Shown piece by piece: positions 18,906-29,762 of a stretch of DNA of 64,000 nucleotides. Within the stretch, counting starts at the first letter, position 1. Each line of letters opens with the position of its first letter. The position numbers were made by a program, and so were the translations under genes. Source of the stretch: an uncultured virus (IMG/VR IMGVR_UViG_3300031884_000010) (taxonomy: Duplodnaviria > Heunggongvirae > Uroviricota > Caudoviricetes); the IMG/VR virus record IMGVR_UViG_3300031884_000010; one strand, 5' to 3'. The notes under the pieces are model-generated. The model saw only the letters and a list, made by a program, of their open reading frames with translations. It made no database searches and was not told where the DNA came from.

Positions 18906-18915
18906 GGAGCCCCCC

Positions 18916-19686
18916 TCAGAGATAGATCACGCTGGGACCTTCCCAGACGTCCAGGATCCGGTTGAGGAGGGTCTCGGCCTCCTTGCCCAGCCGGTCCTCC
19001 ATGTCCTTGAACACATAGGCAGAGCCACGAGACTGAGACAGGCCATCGGCGCTCTCCGTCGTCAGCTGCGCCGGATTGATCCACAGCGACATCGTCGGCA
19101 TGAGTTGAAGCATCGCCCGGAGGGCCACCAGGCGCTTGATCTGGGGCCACTGAAGCATGGCCGTTTCGTCCAGGCCGGCATGGTATTCGATCTGGGCCGT
19201 GGCAGGCAGTCGCCAACTCAGCATGCCGATCCCCTGGGCCAGGGCGTATGGAGCGGTTCCCGCGGCAGGGGCGACCAGGATCTCGTTCGTCTGCCGGTCC
19301 ACCCGGAGCCAGTCCGTGGGAATGGGGAACTGGCCCACCAACGACCCCGGGATGTTCAGCACGATGCTGACGACATCCACGATGGGCCGCACCCGCGTGC
19401 GGAGGCGGGGATACCCATCACCAGGGATGCACCCGGGCCACTGCATGGGATATTCGTATTCGGACCCGGCCGGGAGCGCAACGGGAGCCGAGGCCGACTG
19501 CATCGGGAGGAAGTGAGTCACACCGAAGCGCGTCCCCAGTTCCTTCCCGACCATGCTCTCGGCGTAGGCGATGGCGTCGGCCATTTCGATATCGAGGGAG
19601 GGGTCGGCAAGCGCGGGATAGGCGGACTGGAGGCCCATAAGGAACCCCCCCCGCAGGCTCTGTGCAGTAACACCAGACCCGGCCAT
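18916..19686 (-). CDS. Head-tail adaptor protein
   Basis: 256 aa two genes after capsid; DAIAYAE, RPIVDV, IEYHAGL, SADGLSQS motifs. Confidence 0.65.
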   Translation of the reverse strand: MAGSGVTAQSLRGGFLMGLQSAYPALADPSLDIEMADAIAYAESMVGKELGTRFGVTHFLPMQSASAPVALPAGSEYEYPMQWPGCIPGDGYPRLRTRVRPIVDVVSIVLNIPGSLVGQFPIPTDWLRVDRQTNEILVAPAAGTAPYALAQGIGMLSWRLPATAQIEYHAGLDETAMLQWPQIKRLVALRAMLQLMPTMSLWINPAQLTTESADGLSQSRGSAYVFKDMEDRLGKEAETLLNRILDVWEGPSVIYL

Positions 19687-19701
19687 GCCGACCCCCCCTG
19701 A

Positions 19702-20088
19702 TTACTTCGACTTCTTGGCGTCCGCGACCGTCTGGGCGGCAGCGGCAGCAGCTTCGGCGGCCTCGGCATCAGCCTTGGCCTTGTCAGCGGCAGCAGCTTC
19801 ATCCGCGGCAGCCTGTTCGGCGACCTTGGCAGCGGCAGCAGCCTCGTCGGCGGCGGCCTGGGCGGCGGCGGCCTCAGCGGCAGCAGCTTCCGGGTCGGTG
19901 GAGACAGGGAAAGGCAGACCACCGCCGTAGCGGGAGTAGGCCGGATTCCTGGTCAGGTCGGCAACCTGCTCCTCGGAGCCCTCGCTGACCCAGATGTCGT
20001 CCTCGCCGAGCGGAATGAACACGAGCCCGTCAATGACCGGGGGCGTACAGGGTTTGCCCTTGTGGGCCACGATGACCATGTCGGCCAT
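19702..20088 (-). CDS. Small capsid-adjacent protein with Ala/Glu/Lys-rich tail
   Basis: 128 aa after capsid gene, GGAGG SD. Confidence 0.7.
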   Translation of the reverse strand: MADMVIVAHKGKPCTPPVIDGLVFIPLGEDDIWVSEGSEEQVADLTRNPAYSRYGGGLPFPVSTDPEAAAAEAAAAQAAADEAAAAAKVAEQAAADEAAAADKAKADAEAAEAAAAAAQTVADAKKSK

Positions 20089-20104
20089 AGAACCTCCATC
20101 GAGA

Positions 20105-20141
20105 AATGGCCAGGCAGCCCCAGGGGAACCGCCTGGCCATT
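20105..20141 (-). terminator. Hairpin after capsid gene (terminator/attenuator or stabiliser)
   Basis: Perfect 11-bp inverted repeat AATGGCCAGGC/GCCTGGCCATT; U-tract weak. Confidence 0.5.
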
Positions 20142-20154
20142 AGGTTTAGAACCC

Positions 20155-21624
20155 CTAGTTGAAGGGATCCCAGGTCTTGGCGGTCGGCAGGATGTTCTTG
20201 ATCAGGCCGAGTTTCTTGGGGACCGCGATGCGGAGGGCGGCCAGGTAGAACATGACGAACCGATACTGCAGGGCCGTCATGGCCAGGGGAAGCTTGCTGG
20301 GGGGGGCCATCTGCAGGAGGCGGAAGGCGCCGACGTTGGGGCTGCTGGACAGCACCAGGGCATCGGAGCAACCGGGCAGGTCGGCGTTGTAGTCGATGAA
20401 GGGCGTGGTGGCACCGGCCTTCACGACGCGGCCGATGTAGCGCATGTCGGTGGCGAGGTTGGTGCCATTCTTCCGGCCGCGGTAGACCTTGTAGTAGGTC
20501 TCCGTGTTGCCGGCGGAGGCGGTGATGGTGAGGGTCACCGCGTCACCGGCGGACACAGCCACAGCCGAGGCGAGGATGGCGGGGTTGGAAACCACACCGG
20601 CAGAGCAGGCTTCCGCGGCGTAGTAGTAGTTCCCAGCGTGGGCCGCGAGGAACTGGGAGGCGCCGTTGGCACCGTGGGCCGCCGTCACGGAGACGGGGGT
20701 CTGGCCGGTGATGGAACTGGAATCGGCATAGGTGCTGATGGGGGCCTTGATGCGCTCGTCCAGGAAGGGATGGGGCTCGAGGTCCATGATGCCGTTGCCG
20801 ATGCCGAGGCCGTTGTAGCGCACGGCCTTGACCAAGGCGCCGAGCACGGTGCTGGGCACGTTCTGGTCGAGGTTCACGCGGTAGCTGGACTCGAGGTGGG
20901 TGTCGAAGTCCGCCTTGGTCAGCGGGCTGACCAGGAGGAGATCGGGGGAGCCCCAGTTCCCGAAGCCGGCGAGGTTCGCGGCCAGGGGCGCGACCTGGGA
21001 GCCGCTGTTGAGGGCGGTTCCGCGGAGATCGGTCACGTTCTGGGGAGCGCGGGCCTTGATGCTGGGCACCAGGCCGGTGAACTCCAGGGTGTCGATCGTG
21101 GCGTCGCCGTAGATCAGCGACCACTCGATGGACTGGAGGACCCGGGACAGGGCCGAGAAGATTTCCTGCTCGGAACTGTTGAAGTCCACGACACCGGCGG
21201 CCTGCTGGAGAGCGCCCTGCAGCGCGGTCGGGACGGTGATGCCGCCGTATTCCGCGAACAGCTTGAGTTCCGTGACTTCCCGGTGGTAGCTGCCATTCCG
21301 GTCGGGGAGGTTGGAGGCCGTCTCGTTGGCGATGGAGCCACCGGGATAGCCGCCGATGCCGTCCTGCACGACCTGCTCATCGATCAGCGACCAGCTGGTG
21401 TGCCGATTGGGGAACAGGCGGTTGAACAGCACGAAGTGGGGGTTCTGGACGGTGGCGATGGCGAGTTCACTCTCCACCGACTCCACGCGGAACGCACCAC
21501 CGCCGGTGAGGGAGGCGATGTTCGTGCCTGCCTGGGTGCTCGTCAAGGACTTGACGATGTTACGGATTCGAGGATCCGCGGAAGTCTCGGCCATTTGACC
21601 GAGGATGGAAACCACGTCGAACAT
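20155..21624 (-). CDS. Major capsid protein (SPO1/A511-like)
   Basis: 489 aa after protease and scaffold; IVKSL, LTGGGAFRVES, IEWSLIYGD..LEFTGL, DLRG, SKLPLA. Confidence 0.92.
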   Translation of the reverse strand: MFDVVSILGQMAETSADPRIRNIVKSLTSTQAGTNIASLTGGGAFRVESVESELAIATVQNPHFVLFNRLFPNRHTSWSLIDEQVVQDGIGGYPGGSIANETASNLPDRNGSYHREVTELKLFAEYGGITVPTALQGALQQAAGVVDFNSSEQEIFSALSRVLQSIEWSLIYGDATIDTLEFTGLVPSIKARAPQNVTDLRGTALNSGSQVAPLAANLAGFGNWGSPDLLLVSPLTKADFDTHLESSYRVNLDQNVPSTVLGALVKAVRYNGLGIGNGIMDLEPHPFLDERIKAPISTYADSSSITGQTPVSVTAAHGANGASQFLAAHAGNYYYAAEACSAGVVSNPAILASAVAVSAGDAVTLTITASAGNTETYYKVYRGRKNGTNLATDMRYIGRVVKAGATTPFIDYNADLPGCSDALVLSSSPNVGAFRLLQMAPPSKLPLAMTALQYRFVMFYLAALRIAVPKKLGLIKNILPTAKTWDPFN

Positions 21625-21677
21625 GGTGCCTCCAAGAATCGGCGCTAGGGCCGGGAAGTGAGTGAGAAGGGGCGGTG

Positions 21678-22457
21678 CTAATGAATGCGGTTCTGCCTGG
21701 CGGCCTGGATTGCGCCGTCCTGCGTGAGGGCCCCGGACTTCATCTGGGCGAAGATCTGGTCCGGAGTGAGGGGAATGGGAGCGTTGGAATCCGGCACCAG
21801 CGCCTTGGCGACGACACGGGTGACGGCCTTGGGGAGAGGAGCGGGGGCGCTGGGGATGTGGCCTTCGGGCTGCATTTCGGCCAGGGCCTTGGACAGCTTC
21901 CGGTTCGTCGCGGTCTGGCCATGCTTGAGGGTCTGGACCTCGTCGTGCAGCGCCTGCAGGACCACCTGCTGGTCCTCCATCGCGTGGAGGATGGTGCCGA
22001 GAATGGTCATGAGGTCCGGGCCGCCCTTGAGCAATTCGTTGGGCTCGGCTTCGCCGGTGCCGTTGCCGTAAGCCTTCTCCAGCCGACGGATCTCCTCGGG
22101 GTCGAAGTCCAGGTTGCCAAAGGCATCGCCTTCGCCCATGGACTTCTCGACCGGACGGCCTTCATCCTCGGAGCCGTCGTCGTTGGCGTCGCCGCCTTCG
22201 GAACCTTCGTCGCCGTCGGGTTCGCCACCCTCGCCGGCGGCGCCGGCTTCATCGCCTCCGCCGGCATCCTGGCCCGCGCCAGCCTCTTCGCCAGCTGCGG
22301 CCATGCCATCTTCCGTGGGGGCCGCGCCTTCGAGGCGAGGGTCCAGAGAATCGGGATCGGCAGGCGGCTCGGCAGCCTGGCCACCGGGCTTGAGGCCGTC
22401 GAGGCTCTTGAGGACGGAGCGAACCTGTTCCTGGATCTTGGCGAAATTGATCGACAT
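21678..22457 (-). CDS. Capsid scaffolding protein
   Basis: ATG 22457 after AGGAGG; acidic low-complexity plus coiled coil; between protease and capsid. Confidence 0.7.
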   Translation of the reverse strand: MSINFAKIQEQVRSVLKSLDGLKPGGQAAEPPADPDSLDPRLEGAAPTEDGMAAAGEEAGAGQDAGGGDEAGAAGEGGEPDGDEGSEGGDANDDGSEDEGRPVEKSMGEGDAFGNLDFDPEEIRRLEKAYGNGTGEAEPNELLKGGPDLMTILGTILHAMEDQQVVLQALHDEVQTLKHGQTATNRKLSKALAEMQPEGHIPSAPAPLPKAVTRVVAKALVPDSNAPIPLTPDQIFAQMKSGALTQDGAIQAARQNRIH

Positions 22458-22468
22458 GGAATTACCTC

Positions 22469-23326
22469 CTACGAATTGGCGGAAGGGGTGGGAAGCATGG
22501 TCAGGAGCACCGCGAGGGCATGCTCTGGGGGGATGCCGCGCTGCCCTGCGAGGGCAACGAAGCCGTCCACGCCCATTTCGGGCTGGGCGTCGTTGAGGGT
22601 CCGGAGGATGGAAATGACGTCGGGGTCCTTCGACTTGGAAGGAGACAGGGCCTTCGCCGCCTGGCGGGGGGTCAGGTTGGCCAGCGCCTCCTCGATGTCG
22701 GCCACCCCAGAGAACGCCTTGGCGAACGCTCGGAGGGGCACGGTCGAAACCGGGCCCACATCGTGGTTGACCGGGGTCCGAGATAGACCGATGGAATGCC
22801 ACCGGATGCCCCGGATCTCCTGGGTCGGGAGCCCATCCTCGACCACGGGGGCCTCAGAGAACACATCACCGGCGATGGAGGGATACCAGGTTGTCGGGGG
22901 GGAGGTCTGCAGGCTGTCCCAGAACAGGTCCGCAGACTCCGTGAACTGGTTCTGGCCCCGGGCGGAGTAGATGGCCGCCTTCACCCAGACCGAGTCACCG
23001 TCCACCCGGGCGTCCAGGGGCTTGCCGATCTCGAAAGCGTAGGGGTTGACCTTGGTCCCTCGGATCTCGCCAAGGACCGAAGCGTGGTCAAGGTCGATCT
23101 TCCCGTATTGGAGGAAGTAGGGGATGGACTTGGCGAGGGCTGAAAGCAGCACCTTCTCGCCCTGGAGGTCCCGGACCTCGGACGACGCCTGCATGTAGAG
23201 GATGCGCTGGCCCTGTTCCTCGGCGACCTGAGCCTTGAGGGCCAGGCGGGGGAACTGGAACGAGACAGGCAGCGCCGAACCCCCGATAGGGGCTGCAAGG
23301 GCAGCTGCAAGGCCGAGAACACTCAT
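22469..23326 (-). CDS. Prohead protease
   Basis: ASSEVRDLQGE, GKIDLDH, EIGKP, YPSIAG, SIGLSRTPVN motifs; upstream of scaffold and capsid. Confidence 0.85.
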   Translation of the reverse strand: MSVLGLAAALAAPIGGSALPVSFQFPRLALKAQVAEEQGQRILYMQASSEVRDLQGEKVLLSALAKSIPYFLQYGKIDLDHASVLGEIRGTKVNPYAFEIGKPLDARVDGDSVWVKAAIYSARGQNQFTESADLFWDSLQTSPPTTWYPSIAGDVFSEAPVVEDGLPTQEIRGIRWHSIGLSRTPVNHDVGPVSTVPLRAFAKAFSGVADIEEALANLTPRQAAKALSPSKSKDPDVISILRTLNDAQPEMGVDGFVALAGQRGIPPEHALAVLLTMLPTPSANS

Positions 23327-23457
23327 GCCTCGGATTCTTTGGCCCAAACCCATCTTTCTACTGGATGGGTGCCCGCTACATGCCCCATGTTGGGCCACCA
23401 GGGACGCCAGGCCGTGGCCCGAAACCCACGCTGGCCTCTACAGAACAGGAGTCAGCC

Positions 23458-26400
23458 ATGGGTCTGAACGAAACCCTCCGATCCCTCCTTAAGGCCCATG
23501 TGAAGGGCCACACGCGAGTGGTGAACGGCAAGGTGATCTACATCCACGACTACGACTCCAGCAAGCCCCAGGGCCGTGCCGCGGAACTTCACGAGCGCAC
23601 CACCATCGGGAAGCACCGGAGTGGCACCCACTACCTCCGCGCCACCGACGCTGAGGACGGAACCCAAATCCAGGCCACTGCCAACAGGCTGGGCATCAAG
23701 ACCGACAAGCGCCGCGCCGGGGCCAACCACTTCGGCCGCGTGGGCGCATACGACCACTACCATGTGGAGAGCCCCGAGCACGCGCTGGCCATCCACGAGG
23801 AACTGAAGAAGCTCGCCGGCAAGGGCGCTCCCGAGATGCAGGAGCCCGGGCCCGAGGCCAAGGTTGCCGCGAAGAAGGCCGCGCCCAAGGACCACACCGA
23901 GGCCAACATCGTCGCCCACGACGCCGAGGAGGAATCCGAACTCCTCCAGGGGAAGGGAGACAAGGCCGCCCATGCCCACGCTCGGACGGTCTCTGCCCAC
24001 AACGGGACCGCATTCAAGCACCCCCACCCCACGACCGCGAACCTGCACGAGCTGGCCGCGCAGGCCCACCGGGAGGCCCACGCCGAGAACGGCGAGGAAG
24101 GCCACCTGAAGGCCGCAGAGCACCACGACACCCTGGCGGCCTACCACCACGGCGAGGGTAAGAAGAAATACGAGGCGTTCAAGGCGAAGCAGGCGTCAGA
24201 TTACGAATCCCACCGGACGAAGGCGAAGGAGGCCAGCGAGGCCGCTCATACGGCCAGCCTCACCGCCAACACGAAGGATGAACACGCACGGGCGCTCGGC
24301 CTCCACCACCAAGCGATGCTCGAGCACCAGGAGGCCGGGAAGGCCACAACCCACGCGGGCCGAAAGTCCATGCATGAGGCGAACTTCGCCGAGCACTCCG
24401 ACATGATCAACGGCCACAGCGCCAGGATGACCACTGGGGGCGGCAAGGACGCCACCCTCGAGGCCCGGGCCGCCAGCAACCTGACCAGGATCCCCGATAA
24501 GGACCTGAAGCCCGAGGACTACGACAAGGCCATCGCAGCCCACAACCGCGCTGGATCCGCCCATGTGGTCGCCATGGACAAGGGGCAGGCGGGGAGCCGA
24601 GCCCACCACAGCAGCCAGGCGGACCAGCATGCCCAGGACGCACGGACGATCGAGGCGATGAAGGCCGAGCACCTAAAGGAACATGGCAATGCCTCCGCCG
24701 GCGGCAACCCTCCAAGCGAGGACTCCAACGGAACCCCCAAACTTCGCGCCCACAATGCCACCCGTGTGGCCAACGAATTGTCCGAGAAGGCGAACAACAG
24801 CAACAGCCCCGAGGACCACACGGCCGCAGCCGAGGCCCATGAGAAGGCCCGGATACTCCATCACGAAGCCCAGCCGTCGGGATTCGACGCACCCGGAGCC
24901 GAGGAGCACCGCTTCGCCAAGAAATACCACGGGAACACGGCGGAAACCCACAAGGAGAAGGCGAAGGAACTCAGCCAGCCGAAAATCCGCAAGATCGTGG
25001 AAGATCAGCAGGCGAAGGAGAAGGCCGAAGGCCCCCAGGGCGACAGCCCCAAGCTCAAGGCCGCCAAGGCCAAGAACTGGGGCAAGCCCAGCGAATTCCC
25101 CAACGGCGACATGCGGGAAATCCTCCACCCCGGGGACGGGAACCGAAAAAACCAGGCCGCCCGGAAACCCAGCGATTGGGACGAGGCCGTGCAGGAGAGT
25201 GGGCCCATTGGCGACCACCCGGACGAAATCGGAGCCTTGAAGCACCTGCATGCCGCCCACGGCACCCACTGGGTTCCCAAGCCGCTCAACGACATCAACG
25301 ATCATCCGCACAGGGAGAACGACACCGACTACAGCGGGCAGGTTCGCGGCAAGCGCCCCCCCATGGAATTCATCGCCAAGGACAGCAAGGGGCGCCACTT
25401 CTACGTGAACACCGAAGGCGGGAAATACGCCCGATACGCCCGCCACATCCCTGACGAGATCGCGGAGAAGGCGGGGATCACGACCCCGCACCCCATGGAC
25501 AAACTTGGTGAAGCCGGGAAGGCATCAAGGAAGGTGCTCGACATCTCATCCGAGATCGGTCAATCGGGGATAACCCCAGAGAACCATCCAAGGTGGACGG
25601 AGCGGGAGTCCTTGTCCAAAGAGGCGGCCAAACTTCACACCGAAGCCGCCAAGCAGGCCCACACCAAGGGCGACCACAAACTGGCAGAACTCCATGAAAA
25701 GTGGGCAAAGTCACACGGAGGGTCTACAGACGAGCCCGTCACGGTGAAGCCTGCCGAGGAGCCCAAGGGCCACGCGATCCCCAAGCCGACCACCATGCCC
25801 CCCCTCGCGGGAGCACGGCCCAGTGATGTCGCCGAGCACGGCGCCCAGGCATCCGACCTCAGCCGAAAGGCCGAGGCGCTGAAGAATGGCGCAGGCGGTT
25901 ACCCCCACGAACGCGCTGCCATCACCGCCCACAATGCAACCCTGAACGCTCGAGTCGGTAGCCTACAGGCCGCCAGCGGTGGGGACCATGGTCGGGCAGC
26001 CCTCTTGCACACCGCTGCAGCCCAGGCCCACGGAGAAGCCGCCACCGCCGCCAAGGGGCCCATGAGTGACGGTCACGAGATGATCGCCTCCGGACACAGC
26101 GACCTCGCCAAGAAGCATGCAGCCATCGCCGATGCCTCCAACGCAGAGAAGGAAGCCAACAAGGCCCGCGCCAAGGCCAAGCTGCCGGAATACACCGCCA
26201 AGGCGAACGAGGCCGGCAAGAAAGCATTCGCCATGACCCGCAAGGGGAACGACGACCCGGACGGAGAGGGCAAGGTCGAGGGGCACCACGACGTCGCCTC
26301 GAAACTCCACGCCCATGCCGCCAACCTCCACCGGGAGGCCCGGGAAATGGCCCACACGGCCGGGGAGGCCCAGCCGCTCCTCTACCACGACGAGATGAGC

Positions 26401-28206
26401 AACCACCACTCCGAGGCTCATGTGCAGCACAAGCATGAGATCGAACACCCCGGGCAGGTCGCCCGGGCCGGAACCCAGCAGATGATCCGGGCCGCCTCCG
26501 CCTTCGAGAAGCACTACGGGGAGAACAAGCCGGAGCCCACCCCCGGCGCCTCCGCCAAGGACTCCGTCGCCTCAACCCACGACGGCCTGACCTACGCGCA
26601 GCGCCTGGCTGGGAAATCCAACAGCCCCATGGAAAAGAGCCGTCTACACGATGCCGGCCACTCCTCAGAGGTCGCCTACGCGACGGGCGGCAAGCAGGAC
26701 CACATGAAGGCCCACTACGACCACCTCGCCGCTGCAGGACAAGCCAACCACCCGGACATCAAGGCCCACCACGAGAAATACGCCCAGATCCACAAGGAAA
26801 AGGCTGACGCGATCGTCCCCTCCGCGGCCCCCAAGCCGAAGCACCCCGCCAATGTCGCCTACGATGAGGCTCACCGCGTCCCCAACGTGAGGATCAATAA
26901 GAAGAACTGGCCCAAGTTTGGCGACAACACCCGGACTAGCACCCAGAAGGTGACGAAGGACGCCACCGACGCCACCACGAAGGCCGAAGGCAGCGGAACC
27001 GCCGAGGATCACCAGGCCGCTTCCGACGCTCACTGGAAGGCAGCCCAGGCCCATGAAATCGCCTACAGCGGACCCGGCCAGACCTACTACTCCGGCCACA
27101 GCCGGGCCAACGACGCCCACATGAAGGCTGGGATCTACCACCAGCAGAAGGCCATGGAGGCGAAGAAGGCCGGCAAGACCAACGCGACTGCTGCGAAGGA
27201 ACCGCCCCTCGCCCCCGAGGCCAAGGACTACGACAAACGAGTCCGCGCCTACGAGAAGAAGGGCATGAGCCGCTCGGATGCCCAGGGCGTAGTCGATGCC
27301 GAGGACATGAAGGCCCGGAGCAACCCCTCGGGAAAAGCTGAGGGGGCCTCGCAGGCCCCCGCCTATCCCAACCTTAAGGGAGACGCCAAGAAGATGGGGC
27401 TCCACGAATTCTTGGATAAACACAATATCGAACATTTAAATGAGCACCTGGACAATGGGCTGACTCCGTCCAATAGGCCCCACGCCGAACTCCACCCAGA
27501 TCGAATGGACCCATCTGAATGGGACGACTGGGATGAGCACAAAACGTGGGCTGGCAACACCATGCCTACATCCAAGAAACACATAGAGGGCCTCCGTGAA
27601 TCAATCCGAAAGGGCGCCAAGACCAACCCTGTTCTGGTAGACCACCAGGAACCTGGTAAATACAGACCACAGGTCATAGACGGCCATCATCGTGTCGCCG
27701 CACACAAAGAGGAGAACAAGCCGGCGCCCGTCGGATTTAACGCCAAAACCCTCGCTGGCACTTGGGCGAGTGAGAACGGGAAACCAAACACCCAAAAAGA
27801 CCGGGATCGGATGGAGTCGGAATACAGGGCCCACCTTGCAACTAAGCCGGCTGCGTTAAAACCCCCCGCCGCCCCCAAAGGTGAGGTAACCGGCGCCAAG
27901 GAAAAAACCCGAGAGGCCGTCAACAATGCAGACCAGGGCGACGGTGGAAGCCGAGCCTACGACCACAAGTGGGACAACGACAAGGGGAGCCCCAGCACCG
28001 CCAAGGCCATGGATGCCACGCACAAGCTGTCCTATGTGGACGGGTTCCCAAAGGAGCACGCAGAGGCCGCGAAGCACCACCGTGCCGCTGCAAGGGAATA
28101 CCGCCTCGGAGAGCGTGACAAGAGTATCTCCGCGATCAAGGCAAACAAACGTGCCGACTACCACGACGCCATGGCCGAACACCATGAAACCCACTCGAAG
28201 AAATAG
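23458..28206 (+). CDS. Very large His/Ala/Lys-rich probable internal head protein with ParB/Srx-like domain near C-terminus
   Basis: ATG 23458 after AGGAG; N-terminal LLKAHVKGHTRVVNGKV; many HxxAAxAH repeats; NPVLVD...VIDGHHRVAA ParB-like motif (~27580-27730). Confidence 0.75.
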   Translation: MGLNETLRSLLKAHVKGHTRVVNGKVIYIHDYDSSKPQGRAAELHERTTIGKHRSGTHYLRATDAEDGTQIQATANRLGIKTDKRRAGANHFGRVGAYDHYHVESPEHALAIHEELKKLAGKGAPEMQEPGPEAKVAAKKAAPKDHTEANIVAHDAEEESELLQGKGDKAAHAHARTVSAHNGTAFKHPHPTTANLHELAAQAHREAHAENGEEGHLKAAEHHDTLAAYHHGEGKKKYEAFKAKQASDYESHRTKAKEASEAAHTASLTANTKDEHARALGLHHQAMLEHQEAGKATTHAGRKSMHEANFAEHSDMINGHSARMTTGGGKDATLEARAASNLTRIPDKDLKPEDYDKAIAAHNRAGSAHVVAMDKGQAGSRAHHSSQADQHAQDARTIEAMKAEHLKEHGNASAGGNPPSEDSNGTPKLRAHNATRVANELSEKANNSNSPEDHTAAAEAHEKARILHHEAQPSGFDAPGAEEHRFAKKYHGNTAETHKEKAKELSQPKIRKIVEDQQAKEKAEGPQGDSPKLKAAKAKNWGKPSEFPNGDMREILHPGDGNRKNQAARKPSDWDEAVQESGPIGDHPDEIGALKHLHAAHGTHWVPKPLNDINDHPHRENDTDYSGQVRGKRPPMEFIAKDSKGRHFYVNTEGGKYARYARHIPDEIAEKAGITTPHPMDKLGEAGKASRKVLDISSEIGQSGITPENHPRWTERESLSKEAAKLHTEAAKQAHTKGDHKLAELHEKWAKSHGGSTDEPVTVKPAEEPKGHAIPKPTTMPPLAGARPSDVAEHGAQASDLSRKAEALKNGAGGYPHERAAITAHNATLNARVGSLQAASGGDHGRAALLHTAAAQAHGEAATAAKGPMSDGHEMIASGHSDLAKKHAAIADASNAEKEANKARAKAKLPEYTAKANEAGKKAFAMTRKGNDDPDGEGKVEGHHDVASKLHAHAANLHREAREMAHTAGEAQPLLYHDEMSNHHSEAHVQHKHEIEHPGQVARAGTQQMIRAASAFEKHYGENKPEPTPGASAKDSVASTHDGLTYAQRLAGKSNSPMEKSRLHDAGHSSEVAYATGGKQDHMKAHYDHLAAAGQANHPDIKAHHEKYAQIHKEKADAIVPSAAPKPKHPANVAYDEAHRVPNVRINKKNWPKFGDNTRTSTQKVTKDATDATTKAEGSGTAEDHQAASDAHWKAAQAHEIAYSGPGQTYYSGHSRANDAHMKAGIYHQQKAMEAKKAGKTNATAAKEPPLAPEAKDYDKRVRAYEKKGMSRSDAQGVVDAEDMKARSNPSGKAEGASQAPAYPNLKGDAKKMGLHEFLDKHNIEHLNEHLDNGLTPSNRPHAELHPDRMDPSEWDDWDEHKTWAGNTMPTSKKHIEGLRESIRKGAKTNPVLVDHQEPGKYRPQVIDGHHRVAAHKEENKPAPVGFNAKTLAGTWASENGKPNTQKDRDRMESEYRAHLATKPAALKPPAAPKGEVTGAKEKTREAVNNADQGDGGSRAYDHKWDNDKGSPSTAKAMDATHKLSYVDGFPKEHAEAAKHHRAAAREYRLGERDKSISAIKANKRADYHDAMAEHHETHSKK

Positions 28207-28214
28207 GAGCCCAC

Positions 28215-29723
28215 ATGCCCGCCGACATCACCAACCAGAGTGCCGACCTCGCCACCCTGAACCCGTTTGACCCCAAGGCCCTCGGCAACGTGGCCCTGCA
28301 GGCCATCACGGCACTGGCCCAGGCCAAGCGCAAGACCCTGAACCTGACCACGCCGCTCCTGAAGCTGCCGGAGGCCGAAGGCGCCCGGGTGGCCCTGAAG
28401 GCCGCCGTCGAGGGGGGCTGCCCCAAGGAGCACCTTCGGGAACTGATGAAGGCAGCCTTCGGCGGGGACGTTGCCGGCCAGTCCAACCTGACCGTGGGCG
28501 AGGCCGCCCTCTTCCCGTCCATGGAGCCCGAGCTGGCCCAGGCGTCCATCCTCCCCGACCACGAGGAGGGCCTGGAGCGTGCGCTCGAGAAGGCCATGAA
28601 GGTCTGCTGCACCGAGCGCCCCATCGAGAAGGCCCAGGTCGCCGGATACACCCGGACCCACATGGGCAAGGTGATCCAGGTCCAGGAATACATGAACCAC
28701 CGCCAGGCAGCCATGAACGCGACGAAGCAGGCGCATGCGACCTCTGACGCCGCGCTCAAGGACAGGGGCCCCGAGGCCCACCAGAAGGCCGTGGCCTCCC
28801 ACCTGGATGCCCTCCGGCACCACACGGAGGCCCACGAAATGGCCCCGGCGGACGTCGCCCAGGACCACCAGGAACTCATGGAGCACCACCGCGCAGCTGC
28901 CCGCTGGCACGGCGATAAGGCCAAGGGCACCACCGGGGCCTACGGGGTCCAGAAAGAGGAGCCGGTGCGCGTGGCCACCAAGGCCCACCACGAGGCCAGC
29001 ACCCGGGTGGTCAATGGGAAGGTCGTCCAGGTGAAGCCCTACGAGGACCACCGGAAGGCCGCCGAGAAGGCCAGCAAGCACGCAGAGAAACTGGGAGCGG
29101 ACGCCCTCTTCGAGAACAAAGGCGTCTCCCATGTCCAGGCGGCCAAGGCCCACCAGGAAGCCCGCGACATGCACCTGGAGGCCGCCCTGGCATCCCCGTC
29201 CTATGAGAACTCAGAAGGGCACAAGGCTGTGGCTGCAACCCACAACGAACGTGCGTGGAAGCACGAGGTCTGGAACAAGGAGGCCGAGCACAAGGCGTCC
29301 ACTGAAGCCCAAAAGGCCCAACCCAAGGGTTCCCTCACCATCAAACATTTGACCCGGGACGACCTCGACTACAAGGGCGGAGGCCGCGGATACCTCGGCC
29401 ACGAATTCCGAGGCGACCACACCGACAAGGCCCTGATCGAAGCAGCCAACCACCACGGGCTGGACGAGCATGAACTCGAAACCTACGCCAAGAGCCGCCC
29501 CGGCCGCCACGACATGGACGCGACGACCTTCCTCATGGGAAAGACGGCGCCCCAGGGAGCCGAGGAATCCGACGAGGCCGCCCGGGCCCGGGAGGTCAAG
29601 GCCCACGGAAAGATCCCTCACGCGAAGCTGGTCGAGCACTTCCACAAGGCCATCGGAGCCGTGAAGAACGAGAAGTGGTTCAAAGAGGACGCCGAGGAAC
29701 GCCGGAACCCCGAGAAGAAGTAA
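28215..29723 (+). CDS. His-rich probable internal head protein with two copies of the KA...TR...GKV motif
   Basis: 502 aa, AGGAG SD; IEKAQVAGYTRTHMGKVIQVQEY and TKAHHEASTRVVNGKVVQVKPY. Confidence 0.7.
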   Translation: MPADITNQSADLATLNPFDPKALGNVALQAITALAQAKRKTLNLTTPLLKLPEAEGARVALKAAVEGGCPKEHLRELMKAAFGGDVAGQSNLTVGEAALFPSMEPELAQASILPDHEEGLERALEKAMKVCCTERPIEKAQVAGYTRTHMGKVIQVQEYMNHRQAAMNATKQAHATSDAALKDRGPEAHQKAVASHLDALRHHTEAHEMAPADVAQDHQELMEHHRAAARWHGDKAKGTTGAYGVQKEEPVRVATKAHHEASTRVVNGKVVQVKPYEDHRKAAEKASKHAEKLGADALFENKGVSHVQAAKAHQEARDMHLEAALASPSYENSEGHKAVAATHNERAWKHEVWNKEAEHKASTEAQKAQPKGSLTIKHLTRDDLDYKGGGRGYLGHEFRGDHTDKALIEAANHHGLDEHELETYAKSRPGRHDMDATTFLMGKTAPQGAEESDEAARAREVKAHGKIPHAKLVEHFHKAIGAVKNEKWFKEDAEERRNPEKK

Positions 29724-29762
29724 CCCCCGACCCACAACCCCCCATCCACCACAGGAGCAACC

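Noticed and set aside
19685..19930. Poly-Ala ORF on + strand
   Set aside because: Mirror of the Ala-rich tail of the minus-strand gene 19702-20088.
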